Origin: Opitutales bacterium
Lineage (GTDB): Bacteria > Verrucomicrobiota > Verrucomicrobiia > Opitutales > PNEW01
Reading direction: 5' to 3'
DNA: 64,000 nt
Assembly: GCA_965197745.1 (NCBI GenBank)
Contig: CBDANS010000006.1
Location: 320,001-384,000 of the forward strand
In this document: piece by piece, positions 1-7,876 of the stretch
Layout of the letters: each line of letters begins with the position of its first letter
Numbering within the stretch: position 1 is the stretch's first letter
The notes under the pieces: model-generated
Database searches by the model: none
The model's input: the letters and a program-made list of their open reading frames with translations, nothing else
What the model was told of the DNA's origin: nothing
Position numbers and translations under genes: made by a program

Positions 1-2
1 AT

Positions 3-1310
3 TGGCAAAAGCGTCAGCTGAGTAAGAAACATCCAAACCTGGAAGAACGCCGGGCAATTATTGAAGAAGATGGTAGAGTAGACAAATGGATGGCGAGCAT
101 GGGCAGGTATACCGCGTCACCTGGCACAGCCATTGAAGTGGGTTGCGCCGAAGGATCCCTCTTGCACGCATTAAATAAGTTGGGTTGGAAAACGGTTGGC
201 ATAGAGCCCGATCCAAATACGGTGGACAAGGTGAAAGAAAAGACCGGCCTTGATGTTAGACCCGGGGTATTTCCCGATGTTGATAATTTACCGAAGACTG
301 AACTTTTTATCGCTTGTGATGTCATTGAACACACTGGTAATCCCGTGGCATTTATAAAAGCGGCCCACCGTCAACTTAACCCGAGCGGAGTTCTTTATCT
401 TCAATTACCATTAATCGATGAAAGTGACACCATAAATTCAATCAACCCCAACGTGTTTGATCCAGAGGAACACGCTTATATTTTTACGCGATCCGCAATC
501 ACAACAGTTCTCAATGCCTGTGATTTCGATATACTGGAAAATGATGATTGCTGGCAACGGTTCCATGAAATCACCATTGCCAGGCGAAGAGAACGCACGG
601 TCACAGGTCACCGCTACATAGCCAATTTGGGAGAAACATTCAGTAGAGAATACTGCGAATTCATCGACACTCTTAACGAATTAGCTGAACCGCTTGGATT
701 GCGCACCTTTTGCAACTGGGCTAAAATCTGGGAATATCCCAGGCTTTGGTATCAGGGTTTAGATCAACTGAATTGGAAAGGCTTACATCTCCTTGATATA
801 GGAAGTGAACAATCACCATGGCCCTGGCTGTTGGCGTTGAAAGGGGCTCGTGTAACCTTGATCGAGACAAAGTCGAACTGGGTGGAACAGTGGGAGGCAG
901 TGCGCCAAAAACTTGAAGTCAATGTTGATTGGATAATCACCGAATCCAGCCAACTGCCCATCGAGTCGGCATCAATTGACACCGTCACCAGTTTATCCGT
1001 AATCGAACATCAGGAAAATAAAGAGACCGCAATTAATGAAATCGTGCGGGTTCTTAAACCGGGAGGTTATCTCGGTATAAGCTTTGATATTTGCGAACCG
1101 GATTATGGCATGACCTATCCCGACTGGGGAGGCACCCCACTGACGCTCTCATCATTCGAACAATTGATCTGGTTTCATCATGCCTTTGGTAACAATCAAC
1201 CCCCTGAATGGAACCGCGAGGACATAGATGGCTTTCTCGCCTGGCATCAACTTACGGCGGCCCATCACAATTATGTTACCGGTGCAGCTCTCCTTCGCAA
1301 AATACAGTGA
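3..1310 (+). CDS. Two-domain class I SAM-dependent methyltransferase (5'-truncated by window edge)
   Basis: Frame is open from position 3 (WQKRQLSKK...) into the 90..1310 ORF. Two SAM motif I sequences (AIEVGCAEG; LLDIGSEQS), each followed by a VIEH motif and LNPSG/LKPGG. Confidence 0.8.
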   Translation, partial: WQKRQLSKKHPNLEERRAIIEEDGRVDKWMASMGRYTASPGTAIEVGCAEGSLLHALNKLGWKTVGIEPDPNTVDKVKEKTGLDVRPGVFPDVDNLPKTELFIACDVIEHTGNPVAFIKAAHRQLNPSGVLYLQLPLIDESDTINSINPNVFDPEEHAYIFTRSAITTVLNACDFDILENDDCWQRFHEITIARRRERTVTGHRYIANLGETFSREYCEFIDTLNELAEPLGLRTFCNWAKIWEYPRLWYQGLDQLNWKGLHLLDIGSEQSPWPWLLALKGARVTLIETKSNWVEQWEAVRQKLEVNVDWIITESSQLPIESASIDTVTSLSVIEHQENKETAINEIVRVLKPGGYLGISFDICEPDYGMTYPDWGGTPLTLSSFEQLIWFHHAFGNNQPPEWNREDIDGFLAWHQLTAAHHNYVTGAALLRKIQ

Positions 1311-1566
1311 TCATAAACCCACAATCGATTTCCGATCGCTGATTGTCGATTGCGGATTTTTTTCATTTGATGTCGGGGTGTACTCGATAGCCAATTATTC
1401 CTGGCGGTTAAAATATACCTCATCCATATTACCCTGGATTGCCGCGTCACCCGTTACTGCGGGTTCCTCGCAATGACAATACAAGAACACCCTTCTCAGT
1501 CCGCAATTGCATAGTTAAGCTTTGGGTTGACCTCATTGCCAAGTTATCAGATTATTATAGACGATT

Positions 1567-2148
1567 ATGCGAGTCCGCATTCCATTCTTTCTCAGGAAGG
1601 TCCTTTTCATTACATTAATGCCAGCAGCATTACTGCAAGGTCTGGGCTATGCATTAGAATACGTTCAACCTCACGAATTACAAAATTTAACGACCAATTC
1701 TCCCTTTATTCCGTCCGGATTTAACCAGAACCAGGTAGGATCAAAAGAATACAATGCCAATGAACCCGGTTTCTCCATTAATAAATTGGATCTCCGGGGT
1801 ATTGTAGAGATCGATGGGAATTATATTTTCTGCCTTCAAGAACAGACATCGAGCAAGGCGTTCTGGATCGGCATGAATGAAAACTATGAAGGTATTAATA
1901 TCGTCGATTACGATCCTTCCAATTACACCGTAGTCGTAAGTAAATCGGGTATTGAGCAAAAGATAAAACTGGCTAAAACCATTCACCCCACAGAAATGAC
2001 GAATATCGATCAATTACCTGATACCGAGCGAAAACGAAGGAAAGATCTTTTTCAGCAACTTTCACAGATCACGAAAGATGATATGGAAGCCGTAAAAAAT
2101 AAAAAACGGCCATCAGTGCCCACTAGAAGAACCCGGGTGAGAAGATAA
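1567..2148 (+). CDS. Hypothetical membrane-anchored protein with a GspC/PilP-like beta domain
   Basis: N-terminal hydrophobic segment, LDLRGIVEIDG...FWIGMNENYEGINIVDYD beta-rich module, basic tail. Family resemblance is by eye only. Confidence 0.55.
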   Translation: MRVRIPFFLRKVLFITLMPAALLQGLGYALEYVQPHELQNLTTNSPFIPSGFNQNQVGSKEYNANEPGFSINKLDLRGIVEIDGNYIFCLQEQTSSKAFWIGMNENYEGINIVDYDPSNYTVVVSKSGIEQKIKLAKTIHPTEMTNIDQLPDTERKRRKDLFQQLSQITKDDMEAVKNKKRPSVPTRRTRVRR

Positions 2149-2214
2149 GGGGATCCATTACCCCTCTATTACTAATCCAACAGCTTTTAAAATTTTAATT
2201 TTAATCAAATGATT

Positions 2215-2246
2215 GCCCATTTCCGGAGTCCGGGAATGGGCTTTTA
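2215..2246 (+). terminator. Probable intrinsic terminator
   Basis: GCCCATTTCCGG-AGT-CCGGGAATGGGC 12-bp stem (one G-U) followed by TTTTA, 66 nt after the 1567..2148 stop. Confidence 0.7.
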
Positions 2247-2252
2247 TATGTT

Positions 2253-2338
2253 CCTCTTCGTCGGTTTGACTGTATTGCTTTAATTTTAATATGTTATCCT
2301 TTGGGATAAAGACGAAGAGGCAGACGAAGACGAAGATT
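2253..2338. repeat. GACGAA-hexamer inverted-repeat element, copy 1
   Basis: CCTCTTCGTC (2253-2262) is the reverse complement of GACGAAGAGG (2311-2320). 2311-2335 matches 35235-35259 at 24/25 nt. Confidence 0.7.
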
Positions 2339-2420
2339 GTTATAATAAAAACAGAGCATCAAACCATTCAATCTTGACCCCCGGGAAGAATATTTGCGAA
2401 ATGGATGCGCCTGGATCCAG

Positions 2421-2494
2421 GCGGGCGTAGTTTAGTGGTAAAACTCCAGCCTTCCAAGCTGGTTACGGGAGTTCGATTCTCCCCGCCCGCACCA
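2421..2494 (+). tRNA. tRNA-Gly (anticodon TCC)
   Basis: GCGGGCG acceptor, anticodon arm CCAGC-CTTCCAA-GCTGG, GTTCGATTC T-loop, encoded CCA. Confidence 0.97.
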
Positions 2495-2753
2495 ACCCAG
2501 TGTCAATTGGCGAACAGGTTTTTCTATCCATGGGATTTCAAGACCCCTCCAGGCACAGCTTGGTGTTCTCCCGTGCTGAAGCGTTCATAAAGCTTTATGA
2601 AGGTTCAAGATATGACCTGCGCCTTCTTATTTAAATATGAGATCGAAACAGGTTTCCTACATAGTTTTACGCAGATAAATACGTATCTTTGTTCACTATT
2701 TTTACTCTTTTCACTCGATAGAGTAAAAACGTATTTAATGAGATACTTGTAGG

Positions 2754-3233
2754 ATGTTACAAATGAAACCAACCATCAAGTTCGGATCATCTGGCTTTAC
2801 CCTCGTTGAAATGATGATCGCTGTCTCCATCATCGCGCTTTTAACATCGATTGCGATACCCGCTTATAATTATAATTCGGTAAATTTAAAATCACAAAAC
2901 GCTTCACTTTTGAATGATTACCGGACCCATGCTGAAGCTTTAATTCGCAGCGCTATGGAAAGAGGTGACTACACCTCATTTGACGGATCTGGTCCTATAC
3001 CTTCCAGTATAAGTGGATATTTACCATACACTGTGCTTAACTCACCTGTGGGCGGTCATTGGAATTGGGATCACACCGATTGGGGCATCACGGCGGGGAT
3101 AAGTCTCAGTAATGCCAGTATTGGAACTCAACGAATGTCGTCAATTGACGAACAACTCGATGACGGCGATCTTTCCACGGGAGCGTTTCGAAAAACCAAT
3201 GTTAACCGTTACACCCTTGTCATCGAGGAGTAG
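2754..3233 (+). CDS. Type IV pilin / pseudopilin with N-methylation motif
   Basis: G-FTLVEMMIAVSIIALLTSIAIPAY prepilin cleavage/methylation motif with Glu5. Confidence 0.85.
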   Translation: MLQMKPTIKFGSSGFTLVEMMIAVSIIALLTSIAIPAYNYNSVNLKSQNASLLNDYRTHAEALIRSAMERGDYTSFDGSGPIPSSISGYLPYTVLNSPVGGHWNWDHTDWGITAGISLSNASIGTQRMSSIDEQLDDGDLSTGAFRKTNVNRYTLVIEE

Positions 3234-3499
3234 GTCGATCTCTCCCCCGGAGAATTTATATAAACGGGGTAATAATTAAGCATATGGGGGAGTTGTGCCG
3301 GGCCCCCTTGAACTAATTGCCTTGAGTAGCAATTGGCGGCTTTATTTTATGGGGTAAAGCATTTTATATCATTACTGCATAATTCTGCAGCGGTGCGCTT
3401 AATTAAACTTTCAGTCAATCTGGTTTCCTTATCTATAACAGCTATGGCTTAATGGCTGAGGGTGGCCATCTCGACAATCGAAAATCGTTAAATAACTAA

Positions 3500-4489
3500 A
3501 TGAGAGTAGGGATAACAGGGGCCAATGGTTTTATAGGGAATCATTTGACAAGGCACATTGCCGCTTTGGACCACGAGGTCATCGCATTTCTTCATAGAGG
3601 CACCTCGGATGCTCTTATCGAGGATTACGCGCACAAAATATTTTGGGGTGATATCACTGATATAGAGAGTCTGCGACCCTTTACAAAGAGTTGCGATGTT
3701 CTTTTTCACCTTGCGGGTTTCAACCGGTACTGGTCCAGAGATCCGGAAATTTTTTATAAATTAAATTTCGTCGGTCCCAAAAATATTGCAAGCGCCTGTA
3801 TGTCTGAAGGAATTGAAAAACTCGTTCATATAAGCAGCTGTATTACTCTGGGTGCCTCTGAGAAACCAGAAGCTCGTGATGAAGAATCAACATTTAATTT
3901 GTCCGGTATTCGATTTATGTATGCAGAGTCGAAAAAGGCCGGGGAAGACGAAATGAAGCTTTGGGCCAAAGAGAAAGGTTTACCAGTAGTCATTGCTAAT
4001 CCCGCTTCAGCTATTGGAGAGATGGATTACGGGCCGACGCCCATAGGCGAACCCATCATAGATATCTGTAAAAAAGGGTGGCCGGTCTGGGTAGATGGCG
4101 GCGCCTGTTTTATGGATATCGAGGACCTCGTTCAAGGATTATGGCTGACGCTGGAAAAAGGTCGTGCTGGCCAACAGTACCTCTTAGCGGGTGATAATTT
4201 ATTAAATAAAGATTTCATGGCAAAAGTGGCCGACCTTGCGGGAAGAGAACATACTAAATGGCGCATTCCAAAACCCCTGATCAGCATCGTGGCGCACTAC
4301 CAGGAGTGGATGGCCAATCACATTACACACCGGGCGCCAAAAATTACGGTGGGGATGCAGGGTCTCATTGGAAAGTATTTGTACTATAATAATGCCAAGG
4401 CTAGAAAAGAGCTGGGTTTTAATCCTGGCCCCTGTGACGGAGCGATTGAAAAATCCATTCAATGGTTCACCAACAATGGGTTTATATAA
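3500..4489 (+). CDS. NAD-dependent epimerase/dehydratase, HpnA (hopanoid-associated)/dihydroflavonol-reductase-like
   Basis: TGANGFIG Rossmann motif, YAESK catalytic YxxxK, NP..IG..D.GPTP.G segment, KARKELGFNP tail. Confidence 0.8.
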   Translation: MRVGITGANGFIGNHLTRHIAALDHEVIAFLHRGTSDALIEDYAHKIFWGDITDIESLRPFTKSCDVLFHLAGFNRYWSRDPEIFYKLNFVGPKNIASACMSEGIEKLVHISSCITLGASEKPEARDEESTFNLSGIRFMYAESKKAGEDEMKLWAKEKGLPVVIANPASAIGEMDYGPTPIGEPIIDICKKGWPVWVDGGACFMDIEDLVQGLWLTLEKGRAGQQYLLAGDNLLNKDFMAKVADLAGREHTKWRIPKPLISIVAHYQEWMANHITHRAPKITVGMQGLIGKYLYYNNAKARKELGFNPGPCDGAIEKSIQWFTNNGFI

Positions 4490-4491
4490 TC

Positions 4492-5496
4492 ATGCATGCT
4501 GATCTAATTACCGGGGCTACTGGATTTATCGGGCGTCATCTCAGTGAGCGATTGTTAAGGGAAGGCCGTAAATTAAAACTTTTCTGCAGACCGGAAAGTA
4601 AACATAAACTGCCCCCATTCCCCCAAGGATCGGCAGAAATTGTAATAGGGGATTTACGCATCCGCGATACAATAAATAAAGCCATGCATGGCGTTGAACG
4701 GGTCTATCATTGCGCGGGTCATGTATTGGATTGGGGCTCGCAAGAGACCTTTCATTCAACGAATGTGCAAGGCACGGAATGGCTGCTGGAAGCTTCCGTC
4801 GATAGAAAGATCAAGCGATTTGTCCACCTTAGTTCCATCGCGGTTTTTGGTGTTCCCTCACCTCCTTACTTTGACGACGAGACACCTTACAATCCCGGAA
4901 AAGACTTTTATTCTCAATCGAAAGTAGAAGGGGAAAGCCTTGCATTCAAATTTCATCGTGATCACGGATTGCCGGTAGTGGTCCTAAGGCCCTCAGTAGT
5001 ATATGGTCCCGGCAGCAGTTGGGTTGAAGAACCTGTTCGTTTAATTCGCAAGAACAGAATGTTTCTCATTGCCGGTGGTAAAGGCACCTGTCATCCGTGC
5101 TATATCGACAATTTGATTGATGCCATTATACTTGTATCGGAGCATTCGGGTGCGGTTGGTCAGGGGTATATTGTAGGGGATAACCAACCGATAACATTCG
5201 ATGAATTTTTCAATCATCTGGCTAAACTTGTCGGAGCAAAACCGGTAAACAGGTCCATCCCCCTTTTCTTATCACGCATCATGGCCTCCTTTTTTGAATG
5301 TTCACACAAGCGCTTAAAGATAGGAGACCGACCCTTCCTGACGCACACGGCCATTGATATGGTGGCAACTCAAAGCACCATGTCGATGAATAAGATATGC
5401 CGTGAACTTGACTATAAACCCGGAATCTCCATCGAACGTGGAATGGAAATTTTAAAACCGTGGTTAAATGATCCGCCTCACGGCATTTTAAGATAA
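4492..5496 (+). CDS. NAD-dependent epimerase/dehydratase, 3-beta-hydroxysteroid dehydrogenase-like
   Basis: ITGATGFIG, YSQSK, LRPSVVYGPG. Start moved to ATG 4492, 2 nt after the upstream stop. Confidence 0.8.
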   Translation: MHADLITGATGFIGRHLSERLLREGRKLKLFCRPESKHKLPPFPQGSAEIVIGDLRIRDTINKAMHGVERVYHCAGHVLDWGSQETFHSTNVQGTEWLLEASVDRKIKRFVHLSSIAVFGVPSPPYFDDETPYNPGKDFYSQSKVEGESLAFKFHRDHGLPVVVLRPSVVYGPGSSWVEEPVRLIRKNRMFLIAGGKGTCHPCYIDNLIDAIILVSEHSGAVGQGYIVGDNQPITFDEFFNHLAKLVGAKPVNRSIPLFLSRIMASFFECSHKRLKIGDRPFLTHTAIDMVATQSTMSMNKICRELDYKPGISIERGMEILKPWLNDPPHGILR

Positions 5497-5638
5497 CTGG
5501 CCGCAGGACACGCTATTATTGATTCTCATTCAAGTGTAAAAATAGCATTTGGGGGGACACCACAACCTGATCAGCATTATCGCCCTAACAAAACGAAGCA
5601 GTCCGATAAATAATTAATATTGATCGGATACATTTCTC

Positions 5639-6901
5639 TCACCGGGCAAGGAATCTGGCGTAAAATGAGTAGACTGCAAATATATTAGCACCGATAGCCG
5701 CAAGCCAAATGAATATGTCAGTACGATTGATCAGAGCCAGAACAAGTAGAATGAAAATAAAATCACGATTAGCTAATTTATTTTCAATATTACGGCGTCT
5801 GTTTTTTGAAATACCCTCAGAACGTTCAGGTGATTTACTCTCTGAGATTGACGCGCTAAGGAAAATAAAAGAAACGAGGCTGCCCAATACTGCCAATGTC
5901 CCGAGAGCGGTAAAGTAACCTTCTCCCGTTGATTGGGATAATCCAGCACCGATTGAGAAAAAGACCGCGAAATTAACGAGACAATCACAGGTGATATCCA
6001 GCTTAGCGCCAAATGGTGTTTCACCGAAGGTCAGTCGAGCCAATTCACCGTCCACTCCATCAATCCACGTGGAAATAACCAGAACGACAGCTCCGATTAA
6101 ACTCATCCCATAGGAGCCCTGGAAAAAAAACCAAATGGAGACTAACCCAAGAAAAAAACTAACCAGAGTAATCTGGTTAGGACTTATCGATGTTCTAATT
6201 GCAAGATGGGTTAAGAGACGAGAAACACTACGTGAAAAAAGCCTGTTTATGAGGCTGTCAGTATCCAAACCACCGGACTGTATGATACGGTCATGTTGAA
6301 TCTTAAAATCGTTTTCATCGTTAATTATCGTTTCTTGTCTATCGGGCAAATAGCCTATCTTCCGGTATATATCGGCGTCACTCCCGTCTTTTTTTTCAGC
6401 GCTTTTATTTGCTGATATTTCCAATCCCTTTTTATTGAAATCCCCAATATTGTTCAGGAGAAAGTCCAAGCGCTCGGAATCCATGTCAGACACTTTCATC
6501 TGATCACTCTGTAAAGAATTACCTGTTATTGAGGTTAAAGCGTTATTGATTTCGGTTTTGTCATAGAGCACAGATCCATTTAAGACAATGATCCGCCTAT
6601 AGTTCTGAACTAAACTTTTCAGATCCCCGACTTTCGATAGCCAATCCGTTTTAATATTAATTTTCGGTTCGTTTTTAATTCGGCTGCAAAGATCATTCAA
6701 TTCCTCTTCTTGATTATAATATATAATCAAATGTTCTCCCCCACCCCGTTGAATATTAAGAATATTTCTCAAGAGAAAGGGAACACCGGCAATAGGCGTT
6801 GTATACCAGTTTCCCGTTTTATGGGTGGGTGGCGTCGGGGTAAGTAATAAGAGGATTAGCGACCCCTTATGCACGTTGGTATCGAGTTGCGGATCGGTCA
6901 T
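5639..6901 (-). CDS. CDP-alcohol phosphatidyltransferase with an N-terminal degenerate NTP-transferase-like domain
   Basis: Family signature DGVDGELAR-x7-GAKLDITCD, several TM helices, N-terminal PIAGVPFLLRNI resembling nucleotidyltransferases. Confidence 0.85.
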   Translation of the reverse strand: MTDPQLDTNVHKGSLILLLLTPTPPTHKTGNWYTTPIAGVPFLLRNILNIQRGGGEHLIIYYNQEEELNDLCSRIKNEPKINIKTDWLSKVGDLKSLVQNYRRIIVLNGSVLYDKTEINNALTSITGNSLQSDQMKVSDMDSERLDFLLNNIGDFNKKGLEISANKSAEKKDGSDADIYRKIGYLPDRQETIINDENDFKIQHDRIIQSGGLDTDSLINRLFSRSVSRLLTHLAIRTSISPNQITLVSFFLGLVSIWFFFQGSYGMSLIGAVVLVISTWIDGVDGELARLTFGETPFGAKLDITCDCLVNFAVFFSIGAGLSQSTGEGYFTALGTLAVLGSLVSFIFLSASISESKSPERSEGISKNRRRNIENKLANRDFIFILLVLALINRTDIFIWLAAIGANIFAVYSFYARFLAR

Positions 6902-7127
6902 TCTGGTCGTGTTACTGGCAAACCTTTAAAGCTCGCTTACCCCGCGTATTAATTAAGGTAACGCGCCAGGGATAATCTGTCGTTCAGCCCTCGCGTAAAT
7001 TTAGCGGACTATGCTTCGATGTGCTCAATGTAGAATGCAGTCGAGACGCAGCGTGTTTCACAATCATATATATGACGCTATCAGACTAACGAGTCATTTT
7101 TTTTCTAAGAACGATTAACTCGATATC

Positions 7128-7490
7128 TTAGGGAGCGCAGCGTTCTTTTTCAATGTATGATAACAGCTGTCTGCTTTCTTCCAGATCCGACACAATAAGC
7201 ACCAACGTTCCAGGTTTTTTTAATACATCACGGGAATGTAAAACCTGCCCAAATCCTTCATGCCATGTATCGATGAAATTGACTTCATATATACGGGTAT
7301 CCGTAACAAGATCTGCCGCTAAATAGGGAATTTTAACCGTCATATCTCCCCCACCGATTTGAAATGCTAATAATTTTGTCCACGTTGACTCACGTGCTCC
7401 TGAAAAAATCTGAAATGTATAAACATCATATGCACTGAGTGAAGAATGCCCCAACGCGATAAAGAGTAGTGTTATTAATGTACAACGCAT
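7128..7490 (-). CDS. Hypothetical secreted protein
   Basis: 120 aa, signal-peptide-like N-terminus (MRCTLITLLFIALGHSSLSA), AGGAGA RBS upstream. Confidence 0.6.
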   Translation of the reverse strand: MRCTLITLLFIALGHSSLSAYDVYTFQIFSGARESTWTKLLAFQIGGGDMTVKIPYLAADLVTDTRIYEVNFIDTWHEGFGQVLHSRDVLKKPGTLVLIVSDLEESRQLLSYIEKERCAP

Positions 7491-7688
7491 TTATATTTTC
7501 TCCTAATTTTTATATTTGACATTTCCTGCACTCTATTCTTCTACCACAAGGTTTCAATAGAATATAGTAGAAATTGTCGATCTTCGATTAAGATAAATAA
7601 GAAGGCTCGATCCAGATTGGACAGAATGTGATCAGTCGTTGTTTTTCCGCGCTGATGAAGTTAAATCTAATCATGTTTACCTCCCCGC

Positions 7689-7734
7689 TTGTATTGCGAG
7701 GATCCTGCTGTTGCGGGATCCTTCGCAATGACAA
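7689..7734. repeat. Short palindromic element of the TTGTCATTGCGA family, copy 1
   Basis: TTGTATTGCGAGGATCCTGC-TGTT-GCGGGATCCTTCGCAATGACAA hairpin. 7719-7734 is the exact reverse complement of 36684-36699. Confidence 0.7.
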
Positions 7735-7876
7735 AGGGATATGCGTATACGCGTACCGAGGGCGAAGCCCGACACACTCAAATGTGTGCATGCGATAATG
7801 CGGTTATACATGGGAAATGAAAATATTTCCTGCCTCAACCGCAGATCAATTATTTATCCAGCAATCTTAAATTACC

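Noticed and set aside
2405..2590. 61-aa ORF
   Set aside because: It runs through tRNA-Gly; spurious.
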